Shown: piece after piece, positions 9,574 through 18,054 of the stretch
Layout: the number at the start of each line of letters is the position of its first letter
Position numbering within the stretch: position 1 is the stretch's first letter
NCBI GenBank assembly: GCA_003169655.1
Contig: PNAZ01000058.1
Location: 43,587-75,588, forward strand
DNA length: 32,002 bases
Origin: Chloroflexota bacterium
Lineage (GTDB): Bacteria; Chloroflexota; Limnocylindria; Limnocylindrales; CSP1-4
Reading direction: 5' to 3'
Notes under the pieces: generated by a model
The model's input: only the letters and a program-made list of their open reading frames with translations
Databases searched by the model: none
Told to the model about the DNA's origin: nothing
Translations under genes and position numbers: made by a program

Positions 9574-10701
9574 TTAGAGGTTCACAGGTCCGTCGCCATC
9601 GCCCCGATTGAGGTAGAACCTGGTCAGGTTGCTTCCTAACGGTCCCAATCGCTCGGCTAGGCTGGGTGATGCCGCGAATAGAAAGTTCGACGGCCCGCTC
9701 AGAAAGCCATTCCGCTTGAGCGCGGCACCGAGCGGCCGGAAGGTCTGGTTGGTCACGATCAGGTCGACGCCCTGGTGCTGCAGCCGGTCGACCGCCGCCT
9801 TGACAAGGGCGGCCTCATAGCCAGGCACAGCGAGCAGGTCGACAATCGAACCAAGTTTGAGATCACCGAAGTACTTGTCGTCGCTCCGCTGGGTGGCCAG
9901 GCAGACTGCCCAGCCGCACGGTCGACCTTCATCCTCGATCGCGACCCTGAGGAATGGGCTGCCCTTTGAATCGTACAACTGAGCCAACAGTGCCCCGTCC
10001 CGGACGGCACCGAACGCGAAGGTACCCCGGGCGGCTCCCCAGACGGAATCTGCGCAGCCTTCAAACGAGCTCACCTCGTTCACCACAACTCTCGTCCGCT
10101 GACGGGTCAGGCCCGCTCGATAGCGTTGCAGCCCCCGGATGCCGAGGGCGCCGAGCCCGCTCGCTGCGGCCACATCCGCGGCGATGCGCCGGGACTTCGA
10201 GGTCCGAAGAGGTCCAACCTGGCGGAGGAACCGGGCGGGATGCTCCACCCGGAAGTGGAACGGGACAGTGGCAAATTGGAATCGGGCGCCCTTCAGCAGG
10301 CGCGCAATCGCATGGTCGTAGCCACCAATCCCAAGACCATAGATCAACGGTTGGCCGCCAAGTGCGTGGCGGAGCAGCCGCGGCCCGATCAATGCGAAGC
10401 GCTTGTCGATCGTCCCCTCGGACAGCGCCTGCTGGAAGAAGCCGATCGAGGTGACAACGTCATTGATCATGAACTCCTGGTGCTTGAGCGTGTACCCGCC
10501 ATGCACTCCCTGGCCATCGACGGCCAGGAACAGCTCCTCGTGGATGCCCGCGCCCGGGACCCGTGCGGAGCCGACATTGGTTTCTCGGAGCAGGCTGCGC
10601 ATCCCGAACGCGACGGTGACACCAGCGGCATGCAATCGAGCATTGAAGGCCTGGACCGCCGGAATGTGCGTGGCTTCGTAGGGGACAATCTCGAGGGTCA
10701 T
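9574..10701 (-). CDS. Hypothetical protein, possible tandem GNAT-fold acyl/aminoacyl transferase
   Basis: 375 aa with EIVPYE-like beta1, TIDKRFALIGPRLLRHAL (motif A-like), VRDGALLAQLY, GSIVDLL and LKRNGF, resembling two GNAT halves. Fold call is inference. Confidence 0.55.
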   Translation of the reverse strand: MTLEIVPYEATHIPAVQAFNARLHAAGVTVAFGMRSLLRETNVGSARVPGAGIHEELFLAVDGQGVHGGYTLKHQEFMINDVVTSIGFFQQALSEGTIDKRFALIGPRLLRHALGGQPLIYGLGIGGYDHAIARLLKGARFQFATVPFHFRVEHPARFLRQVGPLRTSKSRRIAADVAAASGLGALGIRGLQRYRAGLTRQRTRVVVNEVSSFEGCADSVWGAARGTFAFGAVRDGALLAQLYDSKGSPFLRVAIEDEGRPCGWAVCLATQRSDDKYFGDLKLGSIVDLLAVPGYEAALVKAAVDRLQHQGVDLIVTNQTFRPLGAALKRNGFLSGPSNFLFAASPSLAERLGPLGSNLTRFYLNRGDGDGPVNL

Positions 10702-10716
10702 CGTGGTGCGCCGCCG

Positions 10717-11691
10717 CTAGCTCGGACCGATGGTGAGCTTGCTCATCAGCCAGCGCCGTTCGAGGCCTTGACGCTGCCGGTCTGAGATCACGGTCGGCCC
10801 CCGCTGTTGGGCCAGGAAGTCGAGCAGTGTGGTGACCGGCACGAACCAACCGTTCTTGCCGGCCAGGCGCTCCATAAGCGACTGGAAGCGCGGATTGATG
10901 TGGCCGTCGTCGTTGAAGCCCGAAGCGAAGTGGGTGTACATGATCGAAGCCCCGCCGCGAGCCTCCAGGCGGTCCATGTTCGCCTCCGTGAGGCAGCGAT
11001 TGAAGGCCTCCACGTTCCGTCCCTCGGACGACGCAAACCAGTGGTTCACGTAGGGCCGCTCGGGGTCGTGGTAGGGCATCATGGGGCAGGCCGCGAGCGT
11101 GTCAAGTTCCTTGAAGGTGAAGTTCCGAACGTAGCGCACCTTCTCCTTGCAGATATCGCCCCAAAACAACGGATCCCCTTCGCAGTGGCCCCGGAATCGC
11201 CCGTTGCCCCTGAAACGGGTGAGGAGGTTGTAGGCCAGGCGATTGATTCCTGTCACGCGGTCGGCCCCCCAATAGATCGACTCGCCGCAGGCCAGGTGAT
11301 TGGCCATCGAGAGCGGGTAGTGGCCATACAAGTCATTGAACCGTTCGATCGCCGCGATCACCCGTTCACGCGGTGAGGTTACGAACGTGGCGCCGTGGTA
11401 GCCGATCTCAAAGCCCTTGGCCTGGAGGCCCAGGGTCCAGGCCAGGTATTCCGGGTCTGCGCAGGTCGACCCGCTGAAGTCCGGCGACCCCTCCCCCCTC
11501 AGAGGCCAGACCGATTTCGTTGTGCGCAACCCAAGGCCGTCGAGGACGTCGTAGACCGGCCTGACCAGCTCGAGCGTAGCGCTGTCGGTGTCATCGAAGA
11601 TCGTGAAGGCGAAGTCTCTGCCATCCGGCCACTGGATCCGCGGACGCTCTGCCGCGGACGAGCCAATCCCAACCCGACCAGCCGATCTCAC
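10717..11691 (-). CDS. Polysaccharide deacetylase-fold (NodB/CE4-like) hypothetical protein
   Basis: WPDGRDFAFTIFDDTD, GFEIGYHGA, ANHL and IMYTHFASGF. The ORF-track start (11892) overlaps wzx, so GTG 11691 is preferred but tentative. Confidence 0.65.
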   Translation of the reverse strand: MRSAGRVGIGSSAAERPRIQWPDGRDFAFTIFDDTDSATLELVRPVYDVLDGLGLRTTKSVWPLRGEGSPDFSGSTCADPEYLAWTLGLQAKGFEIGYHGATFVTSPRERVIAAIERFNDLYGHYPLSMANHLACGESIYWGADRVTGINRLAYNLLTRFRGNGRFRGHCEGDPLFWGDICKEKVRYVRNFTFKELDTLAACPMMPYHDPERPYVNHWFASSEGRNVEAFNRCLTEANMDRLEARGGASIMYTHFASGFNDDGHINPRFQSLMERLAGKNGWFVPVTTLLDFLAQQRGPTVISDRQRQGLERRWLMSKLTIGPS

Positions 11692-11830
11692 CGGATCATC
11701 GAGCCTCGTGGGCAGAGCCGAGCCGGAGGTCGTCCGGCCCCGTCGAGATCGACGGCAATGTGTGCTACTCCCTCTCCCTCGTCCGGCATCATCCCATGTC
11801 TGGAGCTGCTCGGGCACCCTCCGATCCGGT

Positions 11831-13147
11831 TCATTCGGGACGCCAGGCCCGCGACCGATGGCTCGTGATCGCACGCCACGATGTGAGGCCATAGGCGATG
11901 TAGGTCAGGCAGCCCGCCACGCTGAAGATGGCGACGGCGAGCACCGGCGACGCATGGATCATGACGGAGATGAAGGCGGCGGTCCCTACGAAAACGAGTC
12001 GCAGAACCTCGCGCACGAGATGGAGGTCCTGGCGCTCGAGCACGTCGAGCGTGCCGCCCGTCGGGCTCGTCACGAGCTGGAGGTAGAACATCGGGGCCAG
12101 GATGGCCACGTACAGTCCTGCGTCGCGCCAGGCCTCGCCGAAGATGAGCCCGGCAAGGATCGGCGCGAGGATCGCCAGCAGCAGGAATGGGCCCGCAGCC
12201 AGGAGGGCGAGGACCCGGGTGGTCCTTCCGAACATGACCCGCATCTCCGACGGCTGCTCACGAGCGAGCCGCGCGGTTTCCGCCACGAAGACTTGCGAGA
12301 CTGCCGCGGCCACGAGCGTTACCGGCAAGGCGCCGATTCGGACGGCCAGGGCGAACTGCCCGCCCACGGCCGCACCGTAGATTCCCACGAGCAGCAGCAG
12401 TGGCGCCTGCTCGCCGAGCGTGTTCATCAGGGCTGATCCACTCGAAAAGATCGGGAATCTTTGGTACCGCCGGGCGGCGTACCTGATGCCTGCCCAGGTG
12501 ACGGCTCGAAATGCCGGTGCGTGGGTGCGCCAGGCAACCCGGGCAAGTCGGATGAATCCGGCCTGGTTGCCGGCGACTGAGCCGAGGAGCATGCCGACCG
12601 GGCCAAGGCGGATCACCCCAAGGGCGACCTGGACCACGACGAGCGTGGCGCTCTGGGTCAAGCGGTTGATCCCGATATCGGTGAACCGCTTGGTCCTGAT
12701 CGCCCAGCCCGTGAGGGCCAGCACGATCCCGGCCCCGAGTTGACCGACGGCAATCAGGACGGCCCACTGGGCGACCGTCGGAGCTCCGAGCAGGGTCAGG
12801 AGCCAGGGGCCCCAAAGCCACAGGGCAACGGCGGCGATCAGGCTCGTGCCGATCGCGACGAGGAGGCATAGACCAAGGACGTTCGCCGCGGCGACGTCGG
12901 ATTCAGGGAGGGGGATTGCCCATTCGTAGCGCAGGCAGGTGACCACGATGAGGACCGACAGGACCGAGTTCGCCACCGAGTACGAGCCGACGTCAGACGG
13001 TGTATAGAGCCTGGTGATGATCGGCGCGCTGATCACGACGATGGCCTGGCCGATCGTCGCCGCACCGACGAGGGTCACGACCCCCTGCTTGAGCTCGCCT
13101 TGGGGCAGCATGCGGCGCCAGAGGTCAGGGATCCGCATGAACGGCAT
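11831..13147 (-). CDS. wzx: Oligosaccharide flippase (Wzx / MOP superfamily)
   Basis: About 12 hydrophobic segments; PIITRLYTPSDVG, LRYEWAIPLP, RRYQRFPIFS and IFGEAWRDAG. Confidence 0.88.
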   Translation of the reverse strand: MPFMRIPDLWRRMLPQGELKQGVVTLVGAATIGQAIVVISAPIITRLYTPSDVGSYSVANSVLSVLIVVTCLRYEWAIPLPESDVAAANVLGLCLLVAIGTSLIAAVALWLWGPWLLTLLGAPTVAQWAVLIAVGQLGAGIVLALTGWAIRTKRFTDIGINRLTQSATLVVVQVALGVIRLGPVGMLLGSVAGNQAGFIRLARVAWRTHAPAFRAVTWAGIRYAARRYQRFPIFSSGSALMNTLGEQAPLLLLVGIYGAAVGGQFALAVRIGALPVTLVAAAVSQVFVAETARLAREQPSEMRVMFGRTTRVLALLAAGPFLLLAILAPILAGLIFGEAWRDAGLYVAILAPMFYLQLVTSPTGGTLDVLERQDLHLVREVLRLVFVGTAAFISVMIHASPVLAVAIFSVAGCLTYIAYGLTSWRAITSHRSRAWRPE

Positions 13148-13268
13148 TGTGGCGCACGGTGGCAGGCACCGCGAACCATTACGAAAGGGCTGGCAAGCGG
13201 CCGACTCTCAGGTATCTTGTGCCACCGCTGCCACGACTGGGATCGTAGGGCGGCCGTTTGGCGTCGAC

Positions 13269-13274
13269 TATGCT
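13269..13274 (+). promoter_or_regulatory. Putative -10 element TATGCT for the adenylation enzyme-ACP-nadE-hemK operon
   Basis: TANNNT hexamer in the divergent intergenic region, about 70 nt before ATG 13345. Confidence 0.3.
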
Positions 13275-13344
13275 GTCAGTTCGATTGACTCGTGCGGAGG
13301 GCGACCTCAGGGTTGCCGCGGCCGCGCTGACTTCGAGGGCGGGA

Positions 13345-14868
13345 ATGCTGTTACAGGACGACTTTGAAGGCTGGGTTGAGCGTGACGCCGACCGGCTGGC
13401 GCTCGTGTGCGGCCCGGAACGCTATACGTATGGCGACGTTCACGGGCTGGCCCAGGCCGTCGCAGCGACGCTCCGGGAGGGAGGCATCGTGCGCGGCGAC
13501 CGGGTCGCGCTCTTTCTCGACAACGGCGTGGAGCTGGTCGCCGGGGTGCTGGCCAGCCTGACCCTTGGAGCCGTGTTCATGCCGATCAATCCATCGACGA
13601 AGGAGGACAAGCTCGGCTACATGCTCAGGGACGCCCGGGCGAGCGCACTATTGACCCACGATTCGCTCCGTTCGGTTTGGGATCCAGCGGTCACGTCGAG
13701 CCCGAGCGTGCGATCTGTGCTCGTCGCGGGCCAGGCTGAATGGCCGAGCGGTAACCAGCCGGCGATCCTGCCCTGGCCTCGCGATGGAGTCGCTGCGGCC
13801 GCACCGGACACGATTGACCAGGACCTGGCTGCGATCATCTACACGTCGGGCTCGACCGGCCTGCCCAAGGGCGTCATGCTCAGCCACCTCAACATGGTCA
13901 GCGCGGCTCGATCAGTCAGCACCTACCTGGGGCTGCGCGGCACTGACGTCATCATGTGCGCGTTGCCACTGTCCTTCGACTACGGGCTGTACCAGGTCTT
14001 GATGGCGTTCCGGCTGGGCGCCTGCGTGGTGCTTGAACGCAACTTCTCGTTCCCGGTTGAAGTGCTCAATTCGATGGTCAGGCAGCAGGTGACCGTCTTT
14101 CCCGGCGTCCCGACGATGTTCTCGATGCTGATGGCCTACGGCAACCTGACCACGTACGATCTCGCCTCCCTACGCATGATCACCAACACGGCGGCGGCCC
14201 TCTCGGAGACCCACATCCGCCGCTTGCGCGAGCTCTTTCCGCAGGCCCAGCTGTTCTCCATGTACGGCCTGACCGAGTGCAAACGGGTGACCTACCTGCC
14301 GCCCGAGCAGCTTGACATCCGGCCGACCAGCGTGGGCCGAGGGATGCCCAACGAGGAGGTCTGGCTGGTGGACGACGAGGGGCGACGCCTGCCCAACGGC
14401 GCCACCGGTGAGCTGGTGATCCGGGGCAGCAACGTGATGCGCGGCTACTGGGAAAAGCCCGAGGAGACAGCTGCCCGCCTGAAGCCGGGTCCAATCCCGG
14501 GCGAGATGGTCCTCTACTCTGGTGATCTCTTCCGTACCGACTCCGACGGATGGCTGTATTTTGTGGCGCGTCGCGATGACATCATCAAGAGTCGCGGCGA
14601 GAAGGTTAGCCCTCGGGAAGTGGAGAACGCGATCTCCTCCCTCGAAGGTGTGTATGAGGTGGCGGTGATCGGTATCCCGGACGACGTGCTGGGACAGGCA
14701 ATCAAGGCGTTTGTCACCCTCACGCCCGGCGCACAGCTCACCGAGCGCGAGGTGATCCGCCATTGCCTGGCGCACCTGGAGAGCTTCATGGCGCCGAAAT
14801 ACGTCGAGTTTGTCGAGTCCCTGCCCAAGACCGGGACCGGCAAGATCAAGAAGACCGGCCTCGCCTGA
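13345..14868 (+). CDS. Stand-alone adenylate-forming enzyme (ANL superfamily), likely loads the adjacent carrier protein
   Basis: IIYTSGSTGLPKGV, LPLSFDYGLYQ, MYGLTECKRV, YSGDLF, RRDDIIKSRGEKVSPREVE and LPKTGTGKIKK. ATG 13345 follows GAGGGCGGGA and is preferred over TTG 13258. Confidence 0.92.
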   Translation: MLLQDDFEGWVERDADRLALVCGPERYTYGDVHGLAQAVAATLREGGIVRGDRVALFLDNGVELVAGVLASLTLGAVFMPINPSTKEDKLGYMLRDARASALLTHDSLRSVWDPAVTSSPSVRSVLVAGQAEWPSGNQPAILPWPRDGVAAAAPDTIDQDLAAIIYTSGSTGLPKGVMLSHLNMVSAARSVSTYLGLRGTDVIMCALPLSFDYGLYQVLMAFRLGACVVLERNFSFPVEVLNSMVRQQVTVFPGVPTMFSMLMAYGNLTTYDLASLRMITNTAAALSETHIRRLRELFPQAQLFSMYGLTECKRVTYLPPEQLDIRPTSVGRGMPNEEVWLVDDEGRRLPNGATGELVIRGSNVMRGYWEKPEETAARLKPGPIPGEMVLYSGDLFRTDSDGWLYFVARRDDIIKSRGEKVSPREVENAISSLEGVYEVAVIGIPDDVLGQAIKAFVTLTPGAQLTEREVIRHCLAHLESFMAPKYVEFVESLPKTGTGKIKKTGLA

Positions 14869-14898
14869 GCGGGGGACCTGCGGAGGAATCAACGGCGA

Positions 14899-15150
14899 AT
14901 GCGGGACTACAAAGCCGATCTGCGCAAGTTCATCGACGACAACTACATCATTGGCCTCAACGGGCCTGCCTTCGCGGATGCCGACTCATTCATGGATCGG
15001 CGGATCATCGACTCCACGGGATTCCTGGAGCTGGTCATGTTCCTCGAGGAGACGTGGGGCGTCGTCGTCGCCGATGACGAGATGGTCCCCGAGAACCTCG
15101 ATAGCCTCGACCAGCTTCAGGCCTACCTGACCAGCAAGCTCGGCGCGTGA
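14899..15150 (+). CDS. Acyl/aminoacyl carrier protein
   Basis: 83 aa, acidic; IIDSTGFLELVMFLEE (phosphopantetheine serine) and MVPENLDS; GGAGG RBS upstream. Confidence 0.92.
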   Translation: MRDYKADLRKFIDDNYIIGLNGPAFADADSFMDRRIIDSTGFLELVMFLEETWGVVVADDEMVPENLDSLDQLQAYLTSKLGA

Positions 15151-16166
15151 GCGGCGCGTCCGAACGGATGGCGATGCCCGCAGCCGCGCCCCTGGAGCCG
15201 CAGGTCCTCGAGCTGGACGTCGCCGCCGAGGTCGAGCGCATCTGCGCCTGGATGGTGCAGGAAGTCTCTTCAACGCTGCACCGGCGAGGGGTCGTTGTCG
15301 CCATGTCGGGCGGAGTGGACAGCTCGGTCTGCGCCGCACTCGCGGTGCGGGCCCTTGGCCCCCGGAAGGTCTACGGGCTGCTGCTCCCCGAACGGGATTC
15401 CAAGACGGCCAGCTCCGACCTCGGTCGGGAGGTCGCCGAGTACCTGGGCATGTCTTACGAGCTGATCGACATCTCGCCGACGCTCCAGGCAATTGGCTGC
15501 TACCGCCTGCGCGACGACGCAATCCGGGTGGTGTTCCCGGACTACGCCGAGGATTGGAAATGCAAGGTCGCGATCGCCGGCGGCGCGACAGGCGGGATCA
15601 ACTTCTTCAAGCTGATCGTCGAGGCACCAGACGGTCGCCGGCAGGAGGCGCGTTTACCCCTCCGTGAATACCTCCAGGTCGTGGCCGCAACAAGCTTCAA
15701 GCAGCGGGTCCGCAAGACCCTCGAGTACTACCACGCTGACCGCCTGAACTTTGCGGTCATCGGCACGCCTAACCGCCTGGAATACGACCAGGGATTCTTC
15801 GTCAAGAATGGTGATGGCGCTGCCGACCTGAAGCCCATCGCACATCTGTTCAAGACGCAGGTCTATGCCCTGGCGAACTACCTCGGCTTGCCCGCGGACG
15901 TGTGCGCCGCCCTGCCGACCACTGACACCTACAGCCTGGTCCAGGGCCAGGAGGAGTTCTACTTCGCTCTCCCGTACGACCAGATGGACCTTGCCCTGTG
16001 GGCCCACAACCACGGCCGATCGGCGAGCGAGCTTGCTGTCGCATTGGGGATGACCGAGGAGCACGCTCAGATCGTCTTCACCGACATCGAGGCCAAGCGG
16101 CGAACGACCCACTACCAGCACGCGCGCCCGCTGCTGGTTGAACCAGTGACCGAAGTCAACAGCTGA
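15147..16166 (+). CDS. nadE: NAD+ synthetase (NadE)-like ATP pyrophosphatase without a glutaminase domain
   Basis: PP-loop VVVAMSGGVDSSV, GTPNRLEYDQGFFVKNGDGAADLKPIAHLFKTQV and PTTDTYS. GTGA overlap with the ACP gene. Confidence 0.88.
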   Translation: MSGASERMAMPAAAPLEPQVLELDVAAEVERICAWMVQEVSSTLHRRGVVVAMSGGVDSSVCAALAVRALGPRKVYGLLLPERDSKTASSDLGREVAEYLGMSYELIDISPTLQAIGCYRLRDDAIRVVFPDYAEDWKCKVAIAGGATGGINFFKLIVEAPDGRRQEARLPLREYLQVVAATSFKQRVRKTLEYYHADRLNFAVIGTPNRLEYDQGFFVKNGDGAADLKPIAHLFKTQVYALANYLGLPADVCAALPTTDTYSLVQGQEEFYFALPYDQMDLALWAHNHGRSASELAVALGMTEEHAQIVFTDIEAKRRTTHYQHARPLLVEPVTEVNS

Positions 16167-16168
16167 GC

Positions 16169-17125
16169 ATGGCCAGCCAGCCGGCACCGCGGCCCGTGGA
16201 GTCCGCGCAGCTCGGCGAGGATGATCTCGCCCTGTGGCAGGCGCTGACAGTCCAGCTGGAGCAGGGCCTTGATCGCCTCCCTGACAAGCCGGAAGAGACG
16301 GCCGAGGCAACGATCCGGGTGCTATGGCAGCTCGCAGCGGGCGAACCAATGTCCGTCCAGCGGGCAGCAAGCTGGCCCCTGCCAGCGTCGAGCGTCGAGG
16401 CCCGCGAACGGCTGGGTCGCCTGGTTCGCGAGCGCCTCGCGGGAGTGCCGCTCGCCCATCTCACCCAGCGCCAGACGTTCATGGACGTCGAGATGCTTGC
16501 GGGCCCCGAGGCGCTGATCCCGCGGAGGGAGACGGAGCTGTTGGGTGGCGCGGCTGTTGCACTCCTGCGTCGCCTGGCCGAGGCCAACGCGGACGTCATC
16601 GTCGTGGACGCCTGTACCGGCTCAGGAAACCTGGCGGCGGTGCTGGCACTATCCGAATCCCGGGCGAAGGTCTACGCGTCGGACCTGTCCAGCGAGGCGG
16701 TGACCCTGGCCCGGCGAAACATGGCCCACCTGGGCGTCGAGAAGCGTGTGACGCTACGCGTCGGCGACCTGCTCGAGCCGTTCGACACGGACGAGCTGCG
16801 CGGACGGGTGGACCTGCTCACCTGCAACCCACCGTATATCTCGACCGGACGGATGGCGGCAATGCCCGACGAGATCGTTGGGCATGAACCCGCCCTCGCC
16901 TTTGACGGCGGACCGCTCGGGATCCGGATCCTCCAGCGGCTGATCAGCGAAGCCCCTCGCCTGCTCCGACCCGGTGGTTGGCTGGCTTTCGAGGTCGGCC
17001 TCGGTCAGGGTCCATCAGTCGAGCGTCGGCTGCTCGGGTCGGGAGATTACGGCGACGTCGAGCCGGTGGCGGACGCAGCTGGGCAGACCCGCGCCCTGCT
17101 AGCCCGCCGGCGACAGGACCCGTAG
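16169..17125 (+). CDS. HemK/PrmC-family N-methyltransferase
   Basis: RERLAGVPLAHL, ALIPRRETELL, VDACTGSGNLA, CNPPY, HEPALAFDGG and GGWLAFEVG. Atypical N-terminus (LPDKPEETAE). Confidence 0.88.
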   Translation: MASQPAPRPVESAQLGEDDLALWQALTVQLEQGLDRLPDKPEETAEATIRVLWQLAAGEPMSVQRAASWPLPASSVEARERLGRLVRERLAGVPLAHLTQRQTFMDVEMLAGPEALIPRRETELLGGAAVALLRRLAEANADVIVVDACTGSGNLAAVLALSESRAKVYASDLSSEAVTLARRNMAHLGVEKRVTLRVGDLLEPFDTDELRGRVDLLTCNPPYISTGRMAAMPDEIVGHEPALAFDGGPLGIRILQRLISEAPRLLRPGGWLAFEVGLGQGPSVERRLLGSGDYGDVEPVADAAGQTRALLARRRQDP

Positions 17126-17145
17126 CCGGGACGGATCGAGGCCGC

Positions 17146-17871
17146 CTACGGTTTCAGGCGCTGCTGAGGGATTCGGATGGGCTCAGCCGGGGCGTCGGCA
17201 CGAGGCCCGGCGGCAACGGTCACCTGGTAGCTGAACGACGGCGATGCGTCGTTGCCCGCCTCGAGGCGACGGACGTTCCGCTCACCCTGCATCACAAAGG
17301 CAATGATCGCCGCGGCGACCAGCACGCCGCCGACGGTGCCGAGAATCGTGATCAACAGGACCTTGGGCGAGCTGGGCACCGACGCGGCGACGGCAGGTTC
17401 AACGACCGTCAGGGTGGCATCGGCATTGGCGGCGGTCGTGCCTGGAGACGCGCTTACCGGCGGCGCCAGGGCAATCAGCTCCTTGGCGATCTGGTCGGCG
17501 ACCGCCGCGGCGGCATCGGGCCGCTGATTCGAGACGGTGATCGTCAGCAGGTTGCTGGTATGGGATGCCTCGGCGATCACCTGGTCCGCCAGGGCGTCTG
17601 GCGTCTCATTCAGGCCGACGGCGGTGATCGCCTCCTGAAGGATGGGCCGGAGGGTCGCCAGCTCGGCATAGGTTTGTGCCTGGAGCTGGTTGGCCGCGAG
17701 GATGTCCGTGGTCGCCGTAAATGGCTGGCCCACCAGCAACGTCGTCGTGCTGGAGTACATCTTCGGCAACACAGCTGCAAGGCCATACCCGAGGACGGCT
17801 CCGACAACGTACCCGAGGGCAAGGAGGCGGATCCATCGTCGCGCGATGGAGAGCAGCGGGCGGACTTCCAT
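17146..17871 (-). CDS. Wzz/CpsC (YveK)-like polysaccharide co-polymerase without a kinase domain
   Basis: Start at ATG 17871 with GGGAG RBS. MEVRPLLSIARRW plus TM1, PKMYSSTTTLLV, QTYAELAT, LLTITVS..P..AAAVA and PSSPK plus TM2. Confidence 0.85.
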   Translation of the reverse strand: MEVRPLLSIARRWIRLLALGYVVGAVLGYGLAAVLPKMYSSTTTLLVGQPFTATTDILAANQLQAQTYAELATLRPILQEAITAVGLNETPDALADQVIAEASHTSNLLTITVSNQRPDAAAAVADQIAKELIALAPPVSASPGTTAANADATLTVVEPAVAASVPSSPKVLLITILGTVGGVLVAAAIIAFVMQGERNVRRLEAGNDASPSFSYQVTVAAGPRADAPAEPIRIPQQRLKP

Positions 17872-17895
17872 TGGACTCCCTTTGGCGGTCGAGAC

Positions 17896-17987
17896 AGTAT
17901 ATGGGGGGCGTTTGGCGAGCGCCAATGGGCCCAATGTGCTACGTCGAGGACCATCAGGCAGGCCACCAGGAGGGAGTCCGATATAGT
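17896..17987. promoter_or_regulatory. Divergent promoter region: -10 TATACT (minus, 17896-17901) and -10 TATAGT (plus, 17982-17987)
   Basis: Two near-consensus -10 hexamers in a GC-rich background, each upstream of an RBS and start codon (17871 minus; 18055 plus). Confidence 0.45.
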
Positions 17988-18054
17988 CACGGGCGCCGTC
18001 GGCCTGGACACCGGTTGGACCGTGGGCGAGCTGCCAGCACGCAGGGAGCAACAG

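Noticed and set aside
13345-17125. NRPS/PKS or lasso-peptide secondary metabolite cluster
   Set aside because: No condensation, ketosynthase, thioesterase, precursor peptide or B protein; AsnB has an intact glutaminase N-terminus and the context is polysaccharide synthesis.
16978-18054. N-terminal 359 aa of the 646-aa plus-strand ORF
   Set aside because: Antisense shadow of the Wzz/CpsC-like gene; a credible start with RBS is at 18055.
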